NCBI RefSeq assembly: GCF_006345805.1
Contig: NW_021832085.1
Location: 1-32,626, forward strand
Source of the DNA: Octopus sinensis
Taxonomy: Eukaryota
Direction of reading: 5' to 3'
Length of the DNA: 32,626 bases
The position numbers were made by a program, and so were the translations under genes. Position 1 is the stretch's first letter. Each line of letters opens with the position of its first letter. The notes beneath the pieces were generated by a model. That model was given only the letters and a program-made list of their open reading frames with translations. It made no database searches and had not been told where the DNA came from. Below are positions 23,166-32,626 of the stretch, piece after piece.

Positions 23166-24754
23166 CATACCTCTTGTTATATTGATGTTAGTGATATGTG
23201 CCTTATTATGTATTTTTCTTCACAGCTGCTGCAATTCAATGGGGAAATAAACCCTGATATGCAGTATTCGGTACCTGGTTCATACACAATGATTTACTGC
23301 AAGTGATCGATCAACATTTTGAATATTGATCAATTCATGTGCCAAGTATGGAATTAAAAAAGAACAGAAAATAACTCAGGACTATTCCGTCGTTCTTTTC
23401 ACACTCTTATTCCTGTGTCTTTCTTCGAAGAAGTAATACCTTATAAACATTACTTTTCTTTCAATGGAGTGACCCCGAAATGAAACTTAGGGAAATTTAC
23501 TGTGCAATCTTGGCGGGGAAATCCTTCATCATCAACCTGAGAATTTTCTATTGCGCATACAAAAATCGATGTCCAATTTAGCCAGATTTAGCAGGCACTG
23601 AGTGAAATGCTAAACATACCGGAATCAAAGCCGCTGTGTAGGAGCCAAAAACTTATAAAGGATAATAGAGCGTTCGGTGAATTACGATAATGCAGAAGCT
23701 ACACAGTATATTGCTTCGAAATTCAGAAAGAATTTTTATCGTGATTAAGCTCGAGGCATAGAAGCTGCTGTAGAATCTTTTGGTAAAAAATATCGTTTGT
23801 ACATTTTCACGCAAAACTGAACATATGTAGGTGTTATATAGGTCACACAAGTACATTTGTACTATTATAATGAATCTGCGCTTACATCAAAGTGCCGTTA
23901 GAAAACAAAACTATATTGAAAAGAAAACATTTGTTGATAATACATCTATCGTAAAGGGAAATTTGTTTAAAAAGAGAAAAGCTCGATGGAAACATTAATC
24001 TTGAAAGTTGCATTAAAAACTAAGTAGAATGAAAACTAGCAGTTGCATATATCCCAACCTATTAAGAAAGTAATAGCACTTGATTGCTGAAATAAACGTA
24101 ACGTTAATAGGCCTATTAAGGTCCAAATATGCAACAAAGCAACGAAGTATTTGCATTGTTAAGCTGTATGCTTAAAATAGCATCGAAGTATCCAATATAT
24201 CTCCTCATGGTCTTAAAGAAAAACGGACACGTTAGATAATACGGTGCTCGATACAGTACGTTTGAAAAGAGCAAAAGACCGCGTGTTAAAAGCCGGAATC
24301 GAAAGTATTACAAGTTTGGTCAATCATGCTACAAGCGGGTAATAACATTTGGTCTAAGAGCAGCACAATCTCTCACATCCAATAGATACTATGTGATATG
24401 CACATTGAGATATCTGAGGTAGCCCAGTTGTTCTAAATACTGTGCAGGAATGCTCACAACAAATAGCTCTTTAGAAAAGCAGCTAGCGAGGTCTGATCAA
24501 GTCAAGCATAATACATATCTAACCGAAATCTGGAAGTATGACTCCGAATGATCAAGATCGGGGTGGAAATGATCCGGACATGTTTATCTGAGTAGAATTG
24601 ATTAGTTACACAAGGATTTGATGCTTGTGAGTGTGGTAATAAGGATATCCAAAAACTGCTTTTTAGACTTGAGAAGACATTTCCCTTCATTGAAGAAGAT
24701 GAAGCTAGCAACATACCACAATGTACATTCTTGTTCGCAAAATTTTAAAAAAGG

Positions 24755-25125
24755 AAGAACATGGTTCCGGGTTCAGTCCCACTGCGTGGCATCTTGGGCA
24801 AGTGTCTTCTGCTATAGCCCCGGGCCGACCAATGCCTTGTGAGTGGATTTGGTAGACGGAAACTGAAAGAAGCCCGTCGTATATATGTATATAAATTATG
24901 TGCGTGTGTGTTTGTGTGTCTGTGTTTGTCCCCCTAGCATTGCTTGACAACCGATGCTGGTGTGTTTACGTCTCCGTCACTTAGCGGTTCGGCAAAAAAG
25001 AGACCGATAGAATAAGTACTGGGCTTACAAAGAATAAGTCCCGGGGTCGATTTGCTTTACTAAAGGCGGTGCTCCAGCATGGCCGCAGTCAAATGACTGA
25101 AACAAGTATTAGAGTAAAAGAACAT
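24755..25125 (+). mobile_element. Young-looking SINE family A copy inserted in the RTE endonuclease, with a candidate 8-bp TSD
   Basis: GGGTTCAGTCCC B-box-like motif, complete tail, and AAGAACAT at both 24755-24762 and 25118-25125. Confidence 0.9.
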
Positions 25126-27765
25126 ATGTTCCACGGGGCAGGACTTGTTTTGTAAGTGGCTAGAGTAAGCAGTTATTTCTCATAAACATTTTTGAAACCT
25201 AACGGTGTGCCGATCTTGATCATTCGGAGTCATACCTCCAGATTTAGTACTATGCGATCGATCTGTGTAGAGAAAATCTCATCGAAATATTTTGTTAACC
25301 TTACACACGTCCTCCACGGTACTAATGTTATTTTAAGGAAAACCAATATTTATTTATGTTGTTGAAATGCTCCATAACAATGCTTTCATATCTGTGATAC
25401 AGGAATTTGACTGCTATTTCATTTATTAATCTTGCTGATAAAGCTGTGAACAAGGATTGCGCTGCAGAGGCAATTGCAAAATTCTTTAGTACTACAGTAT
25501 TCGTACCATTTAACGAAGGTGAAAATGATATGTCACGTATTCTGCCTAGATATGCCTATGATGTGATGAAACTTTTGCCCATGAAATCAATATGCTGGAA
25601 ATAATGAGGTACATCTATTGGTAAGGCAAAAGATTATCCGGAAAAGATGAGAGCCAGAGGATTTGTTTACACTCTTCCACCTCATAAAACAAAATCCGAG
25701 CCTAAGATGTTTACGAGTGCCAGAATCATCATGCCCGAAGTAGTACGAGATGAAGTAGATGAATCGTAGTAGAAAAAAAGCCGTAACATGTAAACGAGAA
25801 ACGAAATTGTCTCGTTTAAATGACGGTAAAGTTGATAACGATAATGTATCCTATGATATTGAAAAATATTGGGCAATGATATCCTACATTCATAACGTGG
25901 TATGGATTCACGCTTGGTTATACGAAGGACGACGTATTTTGGACTGTGCAATCATGTGGAAGACTGACTTTGTAAATATGTGTCCAATAGATGGTCAACA
26001 AAGCTCATTGTGTGGTAAAGACGTAAATGAGTACATACAGAAGTGAAATTTCTCGTTGAAGAAAACAGAAGAATGAAAGGAGTGAAAATACGAAAATGCA
26101 TAAGTATCAAAATGCTAAAGGAGGATAATTATTAAGCGTCATTAACGGAAATATATGTTGAAACTAATTTTGATGGTACATGGAACAATTTCAAAGAAAC
26201 ATTATATACCGTTCGTGCAGAGATTTATGGTTTTATCAATCCTATGCATAGCAACTAGTTTGATGACAACGATGAGAGCATAAAAGTCCGAAAGCAAAGC
26301 ATTCTTTTCACTTACAAGCTATAAACACCGGTGGAATTGAACATAATTCAGACGTAACCTCTCTTAAAAGCAACAGATTGTATCGTCAACTCACTCTTCG
26401 GCAAATGAAAAGCTGTTGGTATCAAATATCTCAAAAGAAACGGAAAACGTAAATGATAGATAGAATTCAATGCAATTGTATAGCTAAATGAAGCAAGCTT
26501 TCCGTCCTCAAACCCCAAAAGTTGCGTTTGTAAATTCAGGAATAGAAACGAATTCTGTAAAGATCCTGATACAACAAAAATAAGATGATTTGAACACTTC
26601 ACTGAACTTTTTTCAAAATGAATCGACTGTGAGAATCGTTATCATAAATGTTCTGCCAGAGGCGGGCCCTATAAATGAAATGACTGTGACGCCGAACTCA
26701 AATGAAATAAAATGTGCCATTAATAAGGTAAACACAGGCAAAGTTCCGGGCCTTGATGTCATCCTTGTAGAACTCATTAGACCTGACAGTAATGCCATCT
26801 CACCTGAAATTCCTATTCATATAAAGCATCTATAGGGAGCCAGTGATAAGCTGAGGGTCTGGATTGACATGGTTTAATCTTTGTACAAAGACAGAGGTAG
26901 CATATCCGTACGTGGCGATTACCATCGAATGCATTGGAAATTGTTTCTTACTTTATATTTTGGCAATTTAAATTTGAGAAAAGATATCATACCCGAGAGG
27001 CAATCTAGCTTTAGAATAGGTGAAATAATATGATCTTTTCACCCTCCGAAATACAAGAAATGCGTAGCCCATTTCAAGTTGATCTCAAAAACGCTTTTGT
27101 TATGGTGACCTATCAAGCTAAGATGCCCACCGAAGTTTGAAGACATGATTCGTAAACTTCATCTCAACATAAAAGCTCGTGTTAACTCAAACGGTATCAT
27201 ATCAGATGCTGTCTCAAATGATGACGGTATACAGCAAGGTTAAAACCTTGCTCCTCTTCCTTTCTCCATACATTTGCTGTTTGTCTTACGGTACCGTTGG
27301 CACCTTTCTATATTAACGAAACGTTTGTAGACTACTGAAATTGATTCGTTTGAGATGTAAATCTAAGGGCTTTGAAGAGATTTTGTATCAAGTGCTATAG
27401 GCCGACGATGTTGAATTTTTTTTTCTCATTCACAATAACATAAACCACAGTCAATTAACATTTTTTCCGGAGCTTGCACAGCGTTCAGATTCAGTAAAGT
27501 CTGACGAAGACTGATGTGATGTTCACGCTAGCATTCGTGGACAGTTTTATATACATTGGGTCCATTATATGATTATATGATCTTATGAATCTTTAAATAC
27601 TAAAATTCATCAAAGGATTGCGAAAGCAACTGTCGGTAATCTTGAAATTTGTGTGAAGAAGGACAGTTAATCACTTTTAACATGAAGCTTTCGGCGTACG
27701 GGTGTTTTTCTTTTGCGCTGACTCCCGTATATTGAATAAACGGGGACCACGTGTTGCCATCAAAC

Positions 27766-27939
27766 AAAGGAACAGGAGCAAGGTTTTAACCTTGCTTTTT
27801 ACGGTCATCGTTTAAGACAGCATCTGATATGATATTGTTTGAGTTAACACGAGGTTTTATGTTGAGATGAAGTTTACGAATCATGTCGGCAAACTTCGGT
27901 GGGCATCTTAGCTTCACAGTTCACCATAACAAAAGCGTT
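27766..27939 (-). repeat. 174-bp inverted copy of 27090-27263 inserted within the same RTE
   Basis: Ungapped alignment with 14 mismatches in 174 bp (~92%), counted by hand. Confidence 0.93.
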
Positions 27940-30216
27940 GAAAGAATCAACCAAAATGTTTAAAGGATAAAATGCCAGGCAAAATCGACTGACATAATTC
28001 TTCTTGCAAAGGTAAATATGGCCAGCATTGAAAATCATCATTATTTTTAATCAAATGCGTTAAATGTTTCATTTAATTTGAATGGATGACACAGACATCC
28101 TTAAGCAATTATGAAAAATTAACGCTAAGAACCCACAACATAAAATCGGAAATACAATAAAGGCAACTTTTGAATAGGGGGGTATTTAGTTCAGGAAATG
28201 TTTACTTTGAATCGAGTAAATAAACGATCAAAGATTATTTTGAAATATTTGAACTGAACAGATTACAACATGCAAAAGGAAAGTGAGCTACGCGACAGCA
28301 GGAAAAGATGCATTGATTTCGATGGAAGATTTAGGTGATTTTCCCGTAACTACTAACTCTTATCAAAACTGGATTAATCTGTAATTAAGAATCATGTGAT
28401 AAGGGACAAAATCAAAATTGATATAGGAGCATAACTCCAAATCAAATACAAGTTTCCAACTTGTGATATGGTTTGCAAGCCTGCAAGTGTCAGAGGAGGC
28501 ATATAATTGTGCACGAAAGTTCACCTGCAGACCTAGGGGAAAATTCAGCAAGAGGTTGCCCTAGTTTTTACGAAAGTATGCAAATGAGAAGCTGAACTCG
28601 TGAGGTATTTGTGCAAGATTACTCGTGCAACATTTCTGAGTGTAAATATTTAAAAGGGAATGGCCTTCTTCTGTCAAGAGTCGGTAACCACCAAATACTA
28701 TGTAGATAATTTTGGAAACCGCTGAGCATTATTCGAATTAGTATTTCTGCAAAATCTGAAAATAACTATGCATAACACAACTAGTTCTTCATATGGTTCT
28801 ACAGTATACACAAGCCATGACATTCGGAAGAATTCATTGCATTAAAATACGGTTTCTGCAACCAAAGCACCAGATTTATTCATAAATATATGGTGCATAC
28901 AAACCAGACAAGTAATTTAAATCGGCTGCAGTTTTCAAAGTAAAATGGTATTTGCGTGAATATTTCTTGCCACAGCCTCAAACAAACAAATGCACGAATC
29001 AAACGAAATGGATGAAAATAAAGTTGTGGACTAATAAAGTCATTTTAAATCTAAATCTATCCCTTGGAGAACACAACATACGCAAACAAAAATTTAGACA
29101 AGACACCTGGTAGTTCAATATCGGATTTAAAATTACCATAGCTGCGCTATCCGCATATCAATATCAGATGGAGCATAATACAACCAACAGTTAGTGAATA
29201 AAAATATAATATTATAATATGTTAGGATATTCAAACATGCAGTAATAGCCTACATGTTAAGTACGGAATGTAGTTAAAAATGTGAACTAATCACGTCACG
29301 AAAACAATATATATATACATCTATATTTATAGATCTATATATATATATATATATTATATATATATATATATATTTATACTTATGTCAATAGATAAATTGA
29401 TAAACAGAAAATATAATATACATATATATATATGATATATTATATATACATATGTATATATACAAATGCATGTATATATATACGTACACACACACACACA
29501 CACACACATATATATTTATATATATATATTCATTTATATAGAACATGCATATATATAAATATACTTACTTGGATATACGCTAGCGTTTATACACACAAGA
29601 ACACACACGTCTACAGCTCTACTCCCCCCTGGCACACAGTGGCCTATCTTGATGAATTTTTACTTCTGATCTTTGGTTTCTACGTAAACTAAAGGTGTAG
29701 ATATCGAAGAGTTATAAATATAAATGATATACGGATAACGGTCATTCGAATTATCGGTAGTGAATTTATCGTGTGGAATTAATAACCATTTAAGCAACGC
29801 TAGAGGCGTATGGTTTCTACGATATCACATCTTAGGCAGATCTTAGGTATTGTGCAAGGAGTTATGTAGGGAAACCCACGTATATTTATGTATATGGTAA
29901 CACGAATATTCTCCACAAAATATTCAATTATTATTCGTATATCGAGGAAAATGGATTAACATGGATTCATATTATATCATGTTATATATAGATACGTGTG
30001 TATGTGCATGTGTGTGTGTGTACATATATGATCTGCATTTGTGTGTGCACGTGATTGTGTGTACATGCGTTGGCTGTGGCAACAAAGAAATGGGGAGTGA
30101 ATGGTAAAAGCAAAAAACAGTTACACTCTATAGCTATATATAGATATATATATATATATATATTTATATGAAAATGAGTAGATATACGTGTCGATGCGTA
30201 TATCCAAGTACATATT

Positions 30217-30252
<36 letters not shown>

Positions 30253-31231
30253 TATATGTATGTATGTATAAACATAAACACACACAAACACACACACACA
30301 CACACATATATATATGTATATATATTATATATATATATTCTATTTTATTAACATATTATACGACTAAACGCACGCACCCTATTAAGTAAGATTGTTCTGT
30401 TTATCAAGTTAGCCTTGATATTAACTCTCACGCGACTCTGCATCTTTCTTTCTTTCTCTCCCATTCCCTTTTTCGTCTTTTTTCCCTCACTTAACTTGTC
30501 TCTTCCTCTCTCTCTCATTCTTCATTCTCTCTCTCCCTTTCACCATTCTTCATGGTCTCCTCGCACCATTCCCCTTCTTCTCTCTCTTCCTCTTGCTCCT
30601 CCCCCCCCATTCCCGTCATCCATCTGCGACGATACTTCCGTCGTAACTGCTATCCTGTCTTTTCTCGCCCGCCTTGTAAGGCTCTGGTCGACAAATTTTC
30701 CCTCTCTCGTCTCTTCCACGATAATCCAGCGTTTGCAATACTTTTTTCGTCTGGCGTTAACAGCTCTTCTTATCTTGTTCTCCTTGTCCTGTCTCTCACT
30801 GTTATATATTTATTTTTCCACTGTTTATATATATATTTTACTGTTCTATGTTTGTACTGTCGTTACCGTCTTGCTTTTTTTTTACCCCTCTGCGAAAAGA
30901 TCTCAGAATTTAAATGATTTGCTTTTCGCGGGAAGGAATTTTTCTTCGAAGTATACGTCTCGCTTTTATCCTTCGAAACGTTTAGTAGATGAAATCTTAG
31001 CGACTGAAGAAGGGGATTTTTCGTTGTGCTTATTGTCCTGTATCTCTCCTTTTTTTTGTTGTCTTGTTCCTGGGTTGTGTCTATGTGTTTCGTCTCTCTA
31101 TGTGTTCGACGTCTTTTTGGTGTCCTGTACACATATATGCGTGTATATGTACATGTAGAGGTAGGTACGTACATATATGTTTATATATATGCATATATTC
31201 TATTTTATTAACATATATATATATATATATA

Positions 31232-31660
31232 TGAAAAAACAAGTAAAAAATAGAAAATGCTAAAATAATTTTATAGTGAACATTTCAGTACCGGTTTCGG
31301 TCATTTTGAGACCTTTTCAACTGTAACGATTAAATAATTAAATTTAGAAAAATTAGAAGAAAAGTTTTTTTTAAAGAATATTTCTATAGTAGTGTTCAGA
31401 TTTAAGTGGCATTCTGCCTTTCTCTGACTCCCTTGTTTGCACTTGTGTGTTCGAGGTAGTTGTGAGTTCTTGGTAGGGTAGTAGAGGGAAGGCTGGTGAG
31501 GAAAGGGGGTGGGAGAATCTGGGAGTGCCCTGATGGTCGTATTTTGAATGGTCAGTGGCGGCTGGCAGTCTCAGTTCAATTCAGGAGAATATTTATATTG
31601 ACAGGCTTGTTTATAGAATTAGCGTAGGTGTTATACTAAAAAACATTAGTGACAAACTTA
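31232..31660 (-). mobile_element. Probable Penelope-like element 3' end (C-terminal coding remnant plus 3' region with hammerhead), abutting (TA)n
   Basis: Minus-strand LKFVTNVF*YNTYANSINKPVNINILLN*TETASRH weakly resembles the PLE C-terminal LNKRxELxSxCRH motif. A C-rich tract follows, then the HHR motif at 31282-31327. Confidence 0.5.
31282..31327 (-). ncRNA. Minimal type I hammerhead variant (U3-A8 core, palindromic stem III, dimer type)
   Basis: Minus strand reads CAG-UUGAAAA-GGUC(UCAAAAU)GACC-GAAA-CCGG-UA-CUG. Stem II is 4 bp, stem III is an ACCGGU palindrome, the triplet is GUA, and stem I is 3 bp plus a weak extension. Confidence 0.65.
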
Positions 31661-31674
31661 AGGGGTAGGGGGTG

Positions 31675-31898
31675 AGAAGAAGAAGAAGAAGAGAAGAAGA
31701 AGAAGAAGGAGAAGAAGAGAAGGAGAAGAAGATGACGATGATGGTGATGGTTGGTGATGATTATGACGACGATGATGATGATAACGATGATGATGAAGAA
31801 GAAGAAGAAGAAGAAGAAGAAGAGGAGGAGAAGGAGAAGATGGTGGTGATGATGGTGGCGATGATGATGTTGCCGATGATGATGAGAACGATGATGAT

Positions 31899-31929
<31 letters not shown>

Positions 31930-31935
31930 AAAACA
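31675..31935. repeat. (GAA)n/(GAG)n/(GAT)n trinucleotide mosaic
   Basis: Directly visible; explains the poly-E/D/M ORF. Confidence 0.95.
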
Positions 31936-32110
31936 GAGAAGGGAGAATATGAATGGGTGTAATATAGCTATGAAGGGGCTGATTAGTAATGGATTCTATG
32001 GAGTGTAGTATTTGTGTGTGTATATATATTTTTTTCTTTTATTCTAAAGTTGAGGTATATTAATTGTTTGTCGTAGACCCGTTAAGAAGTGGCTTGTATT
32101 TTGTAATAAA

Positions 32111-32283
32111 GAGATTTTCTTTACTTATTCGTTGTCTTTTCTGTGTATCTTTCTGCCGAAGAGCGTAGGCTCGAAACGTAAAAGACTTGTTTTATTTCTA
32201 TTCCTGAGCGCCATACTAATACAATTGTTTGTTTGTACTCCACCTGCCTTCGTATTTTGCTTATTTTCGTAAAGCTTCCTGTC
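32111..32283 (+). mobile_element. (TA)n-abutting repeat with a hammerhead-like motif; related copies at 9605-9765 (inverted) and 32556-32626 (same orientation, runs off the window)
   Basis: TTTTCTGTGTATCTTTCT occurs here and again at the window end. Motif at 32148-32185: UCUUU-CUGCCGAA-GAGC(GUAG)GCUC-GAAA-CG-UA-AAAGA. Confidence 0.6.
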
Positions 32284-32357
32284 ATATATATATATATACT
32301 TTTCTACTCTAGGCAAAAGTCTGAAATTTTTCGATACCGAAAGATTGGAATCCTAAC

Positions 32358-32431
32358 CGACCTCGGCGGAATTAGAATACAGAACGTAAATACAGAACGG
32401 CTAAGCACTTCGTCAGGTGTGCTAGTTCGCC
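32358..32431 (-). mobile_element. Fragment of a third tRNA-derived SINE head (family C)
   Basis: CGACCTCGGCGGAATTAGAATACAGAACGTAA resembles a common octopus SINE head recalled from memory, with a degenerate B box. No second copy in the window. Confidence 0.45.
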
Positions 32432-32442
32432 TTTTATGTATA

Positions 32443-32499
<57 letters not shown>

Positions 32500-32517
32500 C
32501 ATATATATATCTATATC

Positions 32518-32549
<32 letters not shown>

Positions 32550-32626
32550 TATATTGATTCGATAGCTCCTGCACGCATTTTTTGTCTCCTTGTTTCTCTC
32601 CGTGTTTCTTTTCTGTGTATCTTTCT

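Larger units (their letters stand above)
24699..28530 (+). mobile_element. Decayed RTE-clade LINE (AP endonuclease plus reverse transcriptase), interrupted by a SINE and templated insertions
   Basis: Colinear remnants across many stops and frameshifts: MKLATY.NV (EN start, ~24700), VPRGRT, YIYW*GK, WIH...ILDCAIMWKTD, HSN*FDDNDESI, EIKCAINKVNTGKVPGLDVILVELI, VDLKNAF, CPPKFEDMIRKLH...GIQQG*NLAP, EILYQVL*ADD (YADD decayed, 27398-27409), VDSFIYIGS, HQRIAKA, NQMR*MFHLI*MDDTDILKQL, FELNRLQHAKGK, and a C-terminal KFPTCDMVCK. Confidence 0.9.

Noticed and set aside
23205-23305. Good acceptor TTTTTCTTCACAG followed by LLQFNGEINPDMQYSVPGSYTMIYCK
   Set aside because: Weak donor, unrecognised peptide and no neighbouring exons.
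25407-26835. ORFs at 25759-26046 and 26590-26835 as host genes
   Set aside because: They are stop-free pieces of the decayed RTE ORF (EN and linker/RT motifs).
27940-28020. Apparent extension of the inverted copy beyond 27939
   Set aside because: This stretch reads better as forward RTE (LERFHQKCL...IKWQ-like...NMASIE), so the weak extra inverted match is coincidental.
30962-31018. CGAAACGTT ... CTGAAGAAGGGG, a possible type II hammerhead
   Set aside because: Stem I does not pair next to the core, and stem II needs two G-U pairs plus a mismatch.
31672-31962. Acidic poly-E/D ORF of 96 aa
   Set aside because: A (GAA)/(GAT) microsatellite with no flanking coding context.

Overview
AT-rich, microsatellite-dense eukaryotic non-coding DNA. 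The repeat families and (TA)n/(TCTA)n load look like an Octopus (coleoid cephalopod) genome; this is recognition from memory, not a search result. No host protein-coding gene can be supported, and nearly all listed ORFs are microsatellite read-through or decayed transposon fragments. Supportable content: decayed Tc1/mariner elements (an internally deleted DD37D/maT-like copy with TIRs and TA TSD, a second transposase remnant, a lone TIR), a small hAT-like MITE, about 12 tRNA-derived SINE copies or fragments from three families, and a ~3.8 kb decayed RTE-clade LINE. The most interesting content is a set of (TA)n-embedded elements carrying hammerhead ribozyme (HHR) motifs. The best is a 473-bp-period element at 6326-7243 with a 53-bp terminal direct repeat, a canonical type I HHR on the minus strand and a ~370-bp snap-back inverted copy. 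Its architecture fits a non-autonomous retrozyme-like or Penelope-associated element copied from a circular or tandem RNA. Further HHR variants lie at 31.3 kb (compensatory U3-A8 core), 32.2 kb and 12.1 kb. The window also has repeated locally templated inverted duplications (9.8, 12.0, 17.1, 24.5/25.2 and 27.1/27.8 kb). All alignments and RNA folds were done by eye.
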